From contig NIVC01004806.1 of assembly GCA_002269645.1 (NCBI GenBank), positions 1 through 34,715 of the forward strand: a stretch of 34,715 bases of DNA, read 5' to 3'. The position numbers and the translations under genes were made by a program. Below, piece after piece: positions 23,725 to 34,715 of the stretch (its first letter is position 1; each line of letters begins with the position of its first letter). Source of the DNA: Macrostomum lignano (lineage: Eukaryota). The notes beneath the pieces are model-generated. The model did not search any database. It was not told the DNA's origin and worked only from the letters and a program-made list of their open reading frames with translations.

Positions 23725-26700
23725 TCACTTTCTATCAACGCCTGTCAGCGGACGAGTGAGCTTCTTCTCCTCCATCAACGCCTCGACCAGCATCCGCTTG
23801 TAGGCCTCCCAATCCATGGCTGACTGCAGCCGGCGCTGCAGCTCCTCGCGACTCGGAAACTGATCGATCTGGTTGCGCAGCCTGTCCAGCAGCTTTCTGG
23901 GCGCCTGCTCGATGAAGAATTGCCGGTCGAGCAGTAGGCATTCCGCCCCGTTGCTAACCACGCACAGGCTCGGCTGTTGGTTGCGCTGCGACGAGCCCGT
24001 CGGCTGCTGGAACAGGTGCTGAAGACCGAAGACGCCACCACGGGTCAGGGTGCACAGGCGAACGAACTCAGGACTACCCGATACCGGCAGTTCCTGCGAG
24101 GAAGTATCTTTTTATGGTTAATGGCTTAGTAAACACGGGTTTCTGCTGCTGAAAGAGTATGTACGCAGCTTTCTACAATTGAAGTGTTTTATTTAATTAA
24201 AATTGCATCGTTTTCCTAGAAAACTTAGAAAGTGCTACAATTGAAGCCGAACTATATTTTTTAACTTTTTGTGTGATAATGGTGTCTTCAATTAATTTGT
24301 TATAACTATTTAACTTTTAATCCTAAAAATGCTATAATTTTTTCATTCTTCTCTAACCTAGATTGCTGTCTTGTTTATCCACGACGCAGGCATCCCCTTT
24401 TGAATTAAGGAGCTCAATGGTTCAAGAGTTCTCAGAAAACATGATTGTGGTCATGCAAGATGAATCAGACACAGGAAGTTAAGTTTCTCAAATCAAAGCC
24501 AAAATAATTGAATTTATCCGATTCTCTTAGTACAATCACTGAGTTGGTTAGATGACGTCACTCACCAGCACTCCGTCGTCCAATTCGTCATAGAACGTCT
24601 TTCGTCCCATTCGAACGGTTGTTGAACCGTCTTGGCCTTGAACTGGAAACGCATCAGAGTAAAGTGTATCGATGATAATGAACGCTGTTATGAAGGTAGA
24701 CACATTTTTGTCAGGCGAGTTTACATGTAGCATGGAAGGCATGTAAGAGAGTGAAGATATGTACACTCTCTGTGGATCATGGCTAAAATTAAGTTAAATT
24801 AAGCCCTCTTCGATGTAAATCGCAGGTCGCAAAACGTTGGAGTTGGTGTTGGACCCACGTACCGCGAGCTTGCTTCAAACCTGTCAGTCGCAGTTAGTTT
24901 GCAAATGAACGTCCAGCTCACTCACCAGACTCCTCCTTGGAGAAAAAGTTGGCCTGAAAGTGTTTAAATGAGATAATTTATTAAATATTTGAGCTGTGTG
25001 TAAACTCTTCTAAAACAAATTCGATTAAGTCACAAATGTTCAAGCGCCTACCATTGCTTGACTCTTAGTCTCAACGCTCAACGGTCGCTGCTGCTTCAGC
25101 CTGACTCTACCGGCGGATTTAGCCGCAGAGCCGCGAGCTCTCGCGCCTCTGATACTCGCAGAATTTTGCGAAGTCAAAGTCGCGGCAGCTACCGTCAGCG
25201 GTCTGTCTGGACGGTCAACCAACTGCAGCTGTCTGCTCTCAGCGCCGGCCGGCAGTGCCGACCTGGCCGGTCGGAACATCCCAGTGCTGTCGTAGAACTG
25301 CCACAAGTATGGCGCGGCTTCTTCAATGAGGCGCCGCTGGTGGCTGGTTTGCAGCAGCTCACCGGATGCGTTGGCCACTAGCGGTTGCGTCTTTTGTAGA
25401 GCAAACAGTACTTGAGCGCTTCCCTTGATATCGGCGAAAAAAAGGCAAAATTCTGTTAATAATTAGATGATTCAGTAACGTAATAAGGTGCATTAAAACC
25501 AGCTATAAACGCAGCCTGCTCTAATGGGCAGCTGTGCAACCGACAGCTCAGCCGCAGCTATTGCGCGGCGCATCTGAAGGCATCTGAAGGCTCATCCCGT
25601 GTTGATTGACAGTCGATAAAAAGCCGATAAACGGTAAAATAAACAATCGTAAAAGACATCGTTTAAATATAAATTTTACTGCCCGAGATAAACATACATA
25701 TTATTTCCAGATAAATGTGAGCAACATTTCTGTTTCTAAGCCAAATTGTCACATCTATTATTTTTATTATTCTTTCTTTTTCAAAACGAAAACCCGGAAA
25801 ACCACAGTAATATGTAAATGTTGCAAAGAGCACAATGCACTCACAGACTTGACAATGTAGATCCATCGGGATGCACGGCTGTTCTTTACCATTACAACGG
25901 ATCTTCTGCAACAGATTGTGTTGATTAAAGATGACTAGCCTGTCTGAAAACGGCTCAAACTTAAAAAAGAAACTGCGACGCCCTACTTAAAGTAGCAGAA
26001 CATGAACTTGGCATGCTGCTTCTGCAGATGCTGAATCGGCCAGCCGCGTAGGAAATCCAGACTCCTGCAAAGTCAATAATAAAACTTTAACTCCAATGCT
26101 TCAATGCTTCCCCAGAGTCACTGCAGAGATCAAGTCTCCAAAAGCGTTACCTGACAAATTCTTCGTGATCCGGGTCTGTAACGGTTTTCTGCCCTCCTTG
26201 CATAAAAATTGCTTCGTAAGCCTGAAAAATTCGTCGGGAGTCGTCTTGCACAAAATTTACACCCATGAGGGCCAACCCCAAAGGAACAGAGAGTACATGC
26301 TTGAAGATTAGAAATTCAGAGCCGCTGTAAACCCTGAAATTAAGGGCTTCTCTATCGCCTTGTTTATTTAAAATAAGCAGTGTTCAACACGGCTTTTCTG
26401 CAGCGGAACCCAAACGACTATGGAACTAACCACAACACTCACTTCTGCTACCCCGGACTGATGACTTGAAATTATTTAACAAGTCATAGGGAATCAGGTC
26501 TGATTTTAGTCTCTTTCGTTGTTACTTAATTAGGCTATAATTATGTTTCTCAGCTTATAACTCTGTACATGAAATACTGAGTGTTTCGGCACAAACTCAT
26601 CCCGCTTGCATTTTCAATCTGTCCCTGTGTGACTAAACTAAACTCTTACCGGAATATCGATGGCAAGAAAGTCGCAGTCGGTCTTGCAGACAACCGTGCT

Positions 26701-29700
26701 CTGTCGCTGACTCCGATTGACAATCGCCAACTCGCCGAAGCTGTCGCCTTTGTTCAACTCAACCACGGTGTGAGCAGTGTCAGCTGACTGGTCCAGAACG
26801 CACACCAGAACTGCAGGATTGAGAAGCAACATTTACTCAATATTACTCAAAACTGGTAAAGGGCGGTAAGATGTTTTGCTCGTGCTCTCCAATTGTTGCC
26901 TTTGCTCTCTCCCTCCGGCTGTTCCGCTAATTGATTATCCCTGCCCTGATGGGCAGATGTGCAACCGACAGATCAGCCGCAGCTATTGCGCGGCGCATCT
27001 GAAGGCTGCGTACGGCTGTTCAGTCCAAGGACTGGGGGGTCGCCACACACACCCTCAGTTACCCCAGGTAATGCTGGCACCCATTTTACAGCTGGTTGAA
27101 CTGAAGCAATGCAGAGTTAAGTGTCTTGCTCAAGGACACAAATTGTTCCTGTGTAATGGGGAATCGAACCCACGACCTTCAAGTCGTGTGTCCGACGCTC
27201 TAACTACTAGGCTACAGCCCCCTAGAGTACTAACCAACAAACTATGAACAACTGCAAGCAACAATGACCACGAGCAAGGAATGTAAATTTCTACCAAAAT
27301 GTAGCTCGTAGAGGCTTTAGTACAATGTAGAAAAGTCAAATCGTGTAAATTCTTACTACTCGTAGTAAAGTTTCCATGATACTAATAACACTCAAAATAC
27401 CGCTTCCGCAGGACAAGAGCAACTCACTGATTGTTAGACCCTCCAACGTTTGTACAAAATATCTCTTTACAATCTGCATAGAAAGTTTACTCACCAACAC
27501 CATAGGTGATGAAGTAGAACGCGTGAGCCGGGTCATTCTGCCGCACAATAACTCGACCAGATTCATAGCTGTCAACGGCCGATCGATTTCTAATAAGCTT
27601 AATAAAAGTTTGAATAGAATCAAGCCCCCGCGAGTTTACCTTTCCAGCACTCCCATTCGGGCTAGATTCCGCTGCATCCGCACCGGATAGTCAGCCAGCT
27701 GCTGAATGCCTCTGAGCGCAATCACCGCCTGGAAATGAGCAGTTCACGGATTTACAAAATGTCGGGGTTTAGCCAGTACTGCCTCCTGTTAATACGGTCT
27801 CATATTTTTATTACAGACATAAAAGCTAGCACTTTTGTTGATTGAATTTTTCACACAAGTTTTTCTTAACTTTGGGCCTTCAAGTAACATTTATTATTTA
27901 ATGAAGTAGTACATACAAACTCACCAAAGGTCCTTTCATTTTGCTGAATTCATTTGTAAGCCTTTTAGAGTAGCAATATACGCCCCCCGTTGAAGAGAAC
28001 AAAAAGAATGTAATAAAAGAATTAATTTTAAGTAAACTACATGTATCTCCTGACTTCAGCCTTTATATCTCAGCAATTCCCCCAGCAAGCCTTGACATCT
28101 CAGCAATTCCCCCGAGCAAGCCTTGACTTCTGAGCAATTCCCCCTGTTAGCCTTGACATCTCAGCAATTCCCCGCAGCAAGCCTTGACATCTCAGCAATT
28201 CCCCCAGCAAGCCTTGACAACTCAGCAATTCCTCAGCAAGTCTTGACATCTCAGCAATTCTCCCCAGCAAGCCTTGACAACTCAGCAATTCCTCAGCAAG
28301 TCTTGACATCTCAGCAATTCTCCCCAGCAAGCCTTGGCATCTCAGCAATTCCCCCAGCAAGCCTTGAAATCTCAGCAATTCCCCCAGTAATTCTTGACAT
28401 CTCAGCAATTCCCCCAGCAAGCCTTGAGATCTCAGCAATTCCTCAGCAAGTCTTGACATCTCAGCAATTCCTCAGCAAGTCTTGACATCTCAGCAATTCT
28501 CCCCAGCAAGCCTTGGCATCTCAGCAATTCCCCCAGCAAGCCTTGAAATCTCAGCAATTCCCCCAGTAATTCTTGACATCTCAGCAATTCCCCCAGCAAG
28601 CCTTGAGATCTCAGCAATTCCTCAGCAAGTCTTGACATCTCAGCAATTCCCCCAGCAAGCCTTGGCATCTCAGCAATTCCTCAGCAAGCCCTGACATCTT
28701 AGCAATTCCCCAGTAAGCCGTGACATCTTAGCAATTCCCTCCCAGACTTGACACAGCTATTCCCCCGAGCAAAGCATCCCCCGATAGCAATAAGCTTTTT
28801 AGATTTGCCAAAAAACATCCTGCACTTTTGATTTGCATTAACTCCGCCCGATGTCACTAACATAGTTAATCTCTTCCTCACTGCGCTCCTCCGGACACTT
28901 GGCCAAAACTCTTCGCGTCTCAGCTGACAGCCGCATCTGCCGGTTGGCTTTGAACTCGGCCTTGTTGAACACCGAGTAGCGACCGCCGCCGAAGCTACTG
29001 TTGCTGCTGCGGCTCAAGTCTATGGTCTGCTGCTGCGAGCGGAACGTGTTGCCCAATCTGCGGCTGCAACGAGGGGATTGGCGACAGCTCTTTTATAAAG
29101 ACTACCCTGAGCAGGCACACGAGCGGGTGGATACGTACGCAGTCATACGAACAGGCACACACTCACACAGGAGTGTACAGCGGCACAAACTTTATTTATC
29201 GTTAGGCATGTACACTTCACTGTGCCTTGGGGGTTGGCCCTCAAGGCCGTTAATTGCACGAGCAGAGCCAAGCCGATATTCCAATTCAGCTCCAAATTAA
29301 TGTGACTGCACTTGGAATCGAGCCTGGGCCGCTGGCAAATACGCATATAGAGATCTACGCTAGACCACGGGGCTACGGTCTGACTTTCTGTTTCATACAG
29401 AGCAAGAAAATTCAATTTGAAGATGGTATAAATCGACACGATTATGAACAAGATAGATTTCTCACCAAGTCAGACGGTGTTGACAGCACAGCCTGAACAC
29501 GGCAATCACTAGACGATAGTAAAAGTTCAACTGAAGCCGCAGCTGCTTCTGAAAAATGCAAAATGACGAGGTGTAGGCTATGGAAAATGTCTGCATTCAA
29601 AAGATACCTTCGAATGGCCAGTTATGACGAATAATAAAAGAGGGCTGTAGACACCCTAGCGCAACGCCTTTTGGTGACATCTTCACAATTGACTGGTGAC

Positions 29701-30492
29701 AATCAATCAGCGTTGAAGGCAATTCTGCGTCGATCGTCAGGCGTGTACACTCTCTGTGCCTTGGGTAGTTGGCTTTCATGGCTGTCAATTTCGTGCACGA
29801 CCACCCCCCCCCCCAAAATAAATTAAAAATAAAAGGCTTAGCAGGTAAAATTCGTATCAAACTGCATTACCATTCGCTGCCTCTTTGCTTCCAATTCTTC
29901 GCTGTCGCAGCCCAGCTCTTCCCGAATTGAGTCGCCGGGTTTCTGCCTGGCAACCATCGCTGACAGGCTGTTCTCGCGTCTGTAAGCCGAAGATCGCCTC
30001 CGTCGCAGAGAGCAGGAGAGCTGGCGCTCCTGAATCAGGTAGCCAAGCCGCGCCCGCTGCAGGCTGTCGCTCAGCGGCGTACCGCCGCCTGCGGACGACG
30101 ACAGGGAAGCCGTCAGAGAGGCCTGCCGCTGAAGCAGGTAGGCCTGGACTAAATTATCCCCAGACGACTGTCGAGAGTTGCTGCTCAGTTGAAGCCGAAG
30201 GTTCTCCAGGACACCGGCCCGGCTGACCGACTGGCGACTTGAGCGCCTGACGGTTGACATCTGCTGAGGCCTGTCATCCAGATCGACTGCATTGAGCGAC
30301 TCGTCAAACGTGACGAGGCCAGCGAGGCGTCTGCAAGCGAATGGTCGCTAGCGAATTCAAATTAAGAAAACTTTGCGTACAACCAGAGGTATCACCAGAT
30401 TTTCATGAAATTCACCTGTTAAAGTTTCTACGATTTCCGTTGTCCTCAGCGCGTTGTTGGTCTGATTCATGTTTGCTGCTATAGTCGTCCAT
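23725..30492 (-). CDS. Cyclic-nucleotide-binding-domain protein, CNBD2-like, two cNMP domains, 15 exons, ~739 aa
   Basis: Phase-consistent GT-AG exons: 30492-30416, 30330-29871, 29548-29466, 29063-28862, 27728-27640, 27568-27495, 26810-26650, 26221-26151, 26064-25987, 25905-25845, 25423-25052, 24953-24926, 24880-24863, 24642(or 24684)-24566, 24093-23725 (total 2220 nt, open). Motifs YESGRVIVRQNDPAHAFYFITYG, GDSFGELAIVNRSQRQSTVVC, FLRGWP, WIYIVKSGS, TLTRGGVFGL, VVSNGAEC. Exons 11-14 are the least certain. Confidence 0.88.
25515..25595 (-). mobile_element. 3' fragment of SINE family A (intron of the CNBD2-like gene)
   Basis: GGGCAGCTGTGCAACCGACAGCTCAGCCGCAGCTATTGCGCGGCGCATCTGAAGGC nearly matches 26948-27007; carries a small CATCTGAAGG duplication. 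Confidence 0.85.
26243..26302 (+). mobile_element. Internal fragment of SINE family B
   Basis: Reverse complement AAGCATGTACTCTCTGTTCCTTTGGGGTTGGCCCTCATGG matches 29205-29250 and 29745-29800. Confidence 0.65.
26930..27222 (-). mobile_element. tRNA-derived SINE, family A, full-length copy (intron of the CNBD2-like gene)
   Basis: Head GGGGCTGTAGCCTAGTAGTTAGAGCGTCGG...GGTCGTGGGTTCGATTCCC with A and B boxes, then CORE-like TGTGTCCTTGAGCAAGACACTT...CTGTAAAATGGG and the shared 3' tail. Confidence 0.9.
28068..28740. repeat. ~30-bp minisatellite (TCTCAGCAATTCCCCCAGCAAGCCTTGACA)n, ~22 units, intron of the CNBD2-like gene
   Basis: Directly visible; a multi-unit block around 28300-28480 is duplicated at 28480-28660. 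Confidence 0.96.
29140..29375 (-). mobile_element. tRNA-derived SINE, family B, most complete copy
   Basis: Minus strand begins GCCCCGTGGTCTAGCG (A-box-like)...GGCTCGATTCC (B-box). Its body matches fragments at 5300-5400, 18700-18750, 26243-26302 and 29738-29800. Confidence 0.7.
29738..29800 (-). mobile_element. Internal fragment of SINE family B
   Basis: CAGGCGTGTACACTCTCTGTGCCTTGGGTAGTTGGC resembles TAGGCATGTACACTTCACTGTGCCTTGGGGGTTGGC at ~29203-29240. Confidence 0.65.
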
Positions 30493-31010
30493 TTCTTGCC
30501 GTCAAGGCCTCCCAGCGTTTGAATTAGGATGCGCGGAAAGCCCGGGTATTTCTCTAAGTCTATAGAGACTTCCCAGCCTTGTGAGTCTAGTGGAAACTGG
30601 GAAACTCAAATTGGGCAGGACAGGACAGGATACTTTAACTTGTCCTAAATTCAGGTCCAACATCCTGCATCGCATATCGACTTCATCCTAACAAAAACTG
30701 TTTTCAGTTCAAGCTCTGCCAAGACAGATCCAAGCGGCTGACTCATAAATATTTCAGCGATCGCCAAAACTTTGTGATGGAATGGGCGGATTTTTAAATT
30801 TTACGCGATTATATATGTAAAGCAATGCTCGCGCTCGTCTTAAACTTCATTGCAGATGAACAGAATGCATTTAAATTATTTAGCACTCAAAGGCTGTAGT
30901 TCTAAAAAAATTTATATTAGTAGACTCTGACTAGCAGCACATAGCTTTTTTACAGTTGTTACTTCAAGTAGCTTGCATAAAATCTTAATTGCCTAAAAGA
31001 ATTGCTCTAA

Positions 31011-31298
31011 GTGTTGCAGCCTAGTGTTTAGAGCGTCGGACTCACGACTGAAAGGTCGGGGGTTCGATTCTCGACCCAATCAGGAACAATTTGTGTCCTT
31101 GAGCAAGAAACTTTACTCTGCATTGCTTCAGTTCATCCAGCTGTAAAATTGGTGCCAGCATTAGCTGGGGTAATTGTGGGTGTCTGCGCCCCCCCCCCCC
31201 CCCAGTCCTTGGACTGAACAGCCGTACGCAGCTGCGGCTGAGCTGTCGCCGTTGCAAATCTGCCCATTGGAGCAGGTGTAATCAATTAATAATTATTT
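31011..31298 (+). mobile_element. tRNA-derived SINE, family A, near full-length copy between the divergent CNBD2-like and glycosyltransferase genes
   Basis: GCAGCCTAGTGTTTAGAGCGTCGGACTCACGA...GGTTCGATTC head, CORE-like middle, 3' tail with a ~23-bp internal deletion, AT-rich end. Confidence 0.9.
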
Positions 31299-31930
31299 TC
31301 ATTGCAGAAAATTTGTGGTTTTCAAACTTCGCAAACCCCCCTCCCCTGACCTTCAGTTGCATCGATCAGCTGCCATTTTCCTGCCGATTATTAGCCACAA
31401 TCTGCCTCAAGTCGGAGTTTTTACCTAAGACGGAAACCCAGTTGACTAAATTTGAAACGCTATGTATCAATCTTTCCAGACAGAATGTGCGATCTAAGAA
31501 CCACAACTTCATTATGAGCTTTGACAGCCTCGAATGCATTTGATAGTTTTTTCTTGAAAAACATGTTAGTGCACCTCGGATAAACATACGCATGAATGGA
31601 CTTGCTGAATTTTGCAATTACTAAATCGAAAAGTTTATAGCTTGTACAATGATAATTCAAGCTTCCAATATCGCTAATAGAGTTTGAGGCGAAAAGCAGC
31701 GTAGAAAATTGCACGATATAGCCAGTGCAGCGTCCTTTTGCTATTATGCATCTATTTATGACTGGGCACTATATGGCGTCAGGGATGTCATGAAGCCATG
31801 CAAGCATCAGCAGCCAATGAAATTCACGTGTTTTTTCAGGTATATTGTATTATCTCAGCAGGCAGATAAATGCCTGTTGAAATACACTCTGATGCTGGAG
31901 TTTTCAACTGAAATCCAACACATCAGACTC

Positions 31931-33074
31931 ATGACCCGCTTTAGTTTACACCGACTGACTGCGTCTCTCATTCTCTGGCTTACTCTGCTGTCGGTAGCCA
32001 GAATTGTGCTCAACCCGGATGTACTTTTCCTTCACACCGGCCGCTCTCCAACTCAAGCGGCGGTCCAAGCTGCGCGATCGAGCACCCGTCAGCGCTCCGG
32101 CTCTGCCATGCGAGAACCGGCTGGTGTTCAAGGACTTGTCCTCAAATCTGAAGATTCCCAGAATCATTCACTTCACCGCCAAGAGCGAGTTCATGCTCAA
32201 CAACTACAAGCGCTACCTGAAGCGGTGGTACGAAAGCTACTCTAACTTTACGTTCTACCTGTGGCGAGATGCAGACGCTCTGTGCCTTTTGCGACTTCAC
32301 TATCCGGAGCTGCTTGAAGAGTTCGAGAGCGAGCTGCAGACACCGTTGGAGCGGTCAGACTTCATCCGAGCACTGGCGCTGTACCACTTCGGAGGACTGT
32401 ACGTGGACATGGACACTCTCCCAGTCAGGAGCATGGAGCACCTGTTCGACAATCCGATGAGAGGCGCCATGGTCGCACAGGAGCCGGAAGAGCACGCCGT
32501 CTTCCTGTACAACTTGAAGTCGCTGGTGTCGAACGCCGTGATGTTCGGCATTCCGAAGCACCCATTTTATTACTACTACGTGTGCAAGATGCTCGCCAAG
32601 ATCCGCAACCTCTCACCGAGTCCCAACCGCATGAGGACCAACTTCGAAGCCACTCACATCACGGGTCCGATTCTGATGAAGCAGGTGCACGAGAACTACA
32701 CCCAGCTCGGTCTGTGCCCAGCCGAACAGGTCAACTGCTCAGTGCACCTGTTTAAGCCGGACGAATTCAGTCCGAACTACGACACGATCCAGAAGCGTCG
32801 CATCCAAAACATCTGCGTGCGGTACTTCAAGCTGCTCAATAGAGAACAGAGACGGCTCTGTAACAGTCTATTAGAGCGTCGGTTTATTCACAGAAGGCTC
32901 AGTCTGCCGACGCTCGCAGTGCACGAATTTCAGCACTTAAGCGGGTACCGACGAAAGCCAAAATCTTTAGATGTGAAGAAGAATCAGAGCCAGGTGTTGG
33001 TCAGTGATTACTTTAATATATTGACGGTCATTCCGCCGATAAAATGGTACGATTCTACACAGAATCAGTGCTGA
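31931..33074 (+). CDS. GT32 / DXD-motif glycosyltransferase (Gly_transf_sug; Och1/Sur1/A4GALT clan), type II membrane protein with a frame break near 32015-32050
   Basis: Catalytic ORF 32004-33074: KIPRIIH, W, LERSDFIRALALYHFGGLYVDMD, NAVMFG.PKHPF, TGP. A signal-anchor MTRFSLHRLTASLILWLTLLSVARIVL starts at ATG 31931 in a different frame. Confidence 0.88.
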
Positions 33075-34143
33075 TTTCCTAACTGTGATTCAATTAATCT
33101 TTCGTTCATTGCTTAGAAGAGGCAATTCTGAGTATGAGTACATTTGTAATCTAATGAAGTACTATATTTTCTTTTCTGTGAATGCAATAGTTTAATTGGT
33201 GTCTTGTGGCTGGTGTCTTCGAGTGGAACGGTCGTGAATTGCAAACAGGATGTCTCTAAACTGCCTCACTGCATATGCATGCTTCAGATATCTTCTCATT
33301 TTTTATATTGATAGCGAATACAAAATGACAATCGTCCAAAATCTTCAGTCTTACTGGATTCCTTATTTGATACGTGCTTTTCTGCCTATCTTCAACTTTT
33401 TTCATTGAGACACTATTTGAGCTGCTGGACAATTTATTTTAATACCAATTTAGATAGAAAAAACTGTATTGATAATGAGAAACGCCTTCACCCGTCTACA
33501 CACCGGCTAAATGCTCAGAGCAAAACTCATTTTCAGAGTTGTTTTTGAGATCACCTGACAGCCTAGCAGGAGGCTTTACAATTCCGCAGACAATTAGGCA
33601 AGCACACGTGTGTGAGCCGTCATGCTGGTCTGACTTTCTGAGTCTGTATATCTGAGTCTATCCCAGAATTCAAGCTATATAATTTAATCTATCGTTTTCA
33701 CGTTCAGAACTGAATTTATAGGTCTGGAAAATGTCTCCTTCATACACGTAAAAGTACTTGCAGTTGCAAGTGCTAGTGTTGTATTTTTTGCTTCCGTCCG
33801 TGTGGGCCGCAGACGGGGTGATCGGGGGTTCGGGGTCGGACTGCCCAGAGCTTGCCGGGTGTGATAGGCGAGAGAGTGGCGACCCCGAGGCGTACGGACA
33901 CTTCGAGGTGGAAGTGGAGAGCCTGGGAGCGTACAGACACTCGTCCAGCATGGAATATTGTAGGAATACATGTCGACCCTTGTAGTACATAAACGAGTTG
34001 AAAATTGCTCATGCCTCTTAGCTGCATGGCGGTCCGAAGACGCAGCGTGGAGGCGAGCGTCGCCCATTCCGCAATGCTCATGCCTCACGCTGCTCAAACT
34101 GCTTTTGAAGCGCCAGCTCGATGAAAATTCGATGAAGATCTGA

Positions 34144-34686
34144 GCCAGCACCAAGGGGCGCCAGCACCAAGGGGCGCCAGCACCAAGGGGCGCCAGCACC
34201 AAGGGGCGCCAGCACCAAGGGGCGCCAGCACCAAGGGGCGCCAGCACCAAGGGGCGCCAGCACCAAGGGGCGCCAGCACCAAGGGGCGCCAGCACCAAGG
34301 GGCCCAGCACCAAGGGGCGCCAGCACCAAGGGGCGCCAGCACCAAGGGGCGCCAGCACCAAGGGGCGCCAGCACCAAGGGGCGCCAGCACCAAGGGGCGC
34401 CAGCACCAAGGGGCGCCAGCACCAAGGGGCGCCAGCACCAAGGGGCGCCAGCACCAAGGGGCGCCAGCACCAAGGGGCGCCAGCACCAAGGGGCGCCAGC
34501 ACCAAGGGGCGCCAGCACCAAGGGGCGCCAGCACCAAGGGGCGCCAGCACCAAGGGGCGCCAGCACCAAGGGGCGCCAGCACCAAGGGGCGCCAGCACCA
34601 AGGGCGCCAGCACCAAGGGGCGCCAGCACCAAGGGGCGCCAGCACCAAGGGGCGCCAGCACCAAGGGGCGCCAGCACCAAGGGGCC
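34144..34686. repeat. 16-bp GC-rich minisatellite (GCACCAAGGGGCGCCA)n, ~34 units, highly homogeneous
   Basis: Directly visible; the LVLAPLGAGAPWCWRP ORFs are its translation. Confidence 0.98.
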
Positions 34687-34715
34687 CAGAGTAGGTGCTG
34701 AGGTGTGAAATCATT

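Noticed and set aside
27150-27222. tRNA gene (also 19006-19060, 31011-31080, 29300-29375)
   Set aside because: A/B boxes are present but there is no closing acceptor stem or poly-T terminator; each runs into a shared SINE body.
33684-34714. 200-326 aa minus-strand ORFs
   Set aside because: Mostly the 16-bp repeat read through; the unique tails show no recognisable domain.

Overview
Eukaryotic (animal) genomic DNA, not prokaryotic. Exons are GC-rich, GT-AG introns are short (down to about 45 bp), and about a quarter of the window is tandem repeat; this style suggests a free-living flatworm such as Macrostomum (inference only). Six genes could be reconstructed by hand, most with phase-consistent splice sites. 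Five are on the minus strand: a secreted PAN-like + fibrinogen-C protein (3 exons), a divergent BIR-UBA-RING inhibitor-of-apoptosis gene, a divergent Islet-like LIM-homeobox gene, an intronless C-type lectin + PAN gene, and a 15-exon CNBD2-like gene with two cyclic-nucleotide-binding domains. One is on the plus strand: a GT32/DXD glycosyltransferase whose membrane anchor and catalytic domain lie in different reading frames. Non-genic content includes a decayed Ty3/Gypsy pol remnant, two tRNA-derived SINE families (one with a CORE-like domain), a ~620-690 bp imperfect palindrome (foldback/MITE-like), and eleven unrelated tandem arrays with units of 4-42 bp. Most long ORFs in the supplied track are artefacts of those arrays. 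No CRISPR array, rRNA or intact tRNA gene was found.
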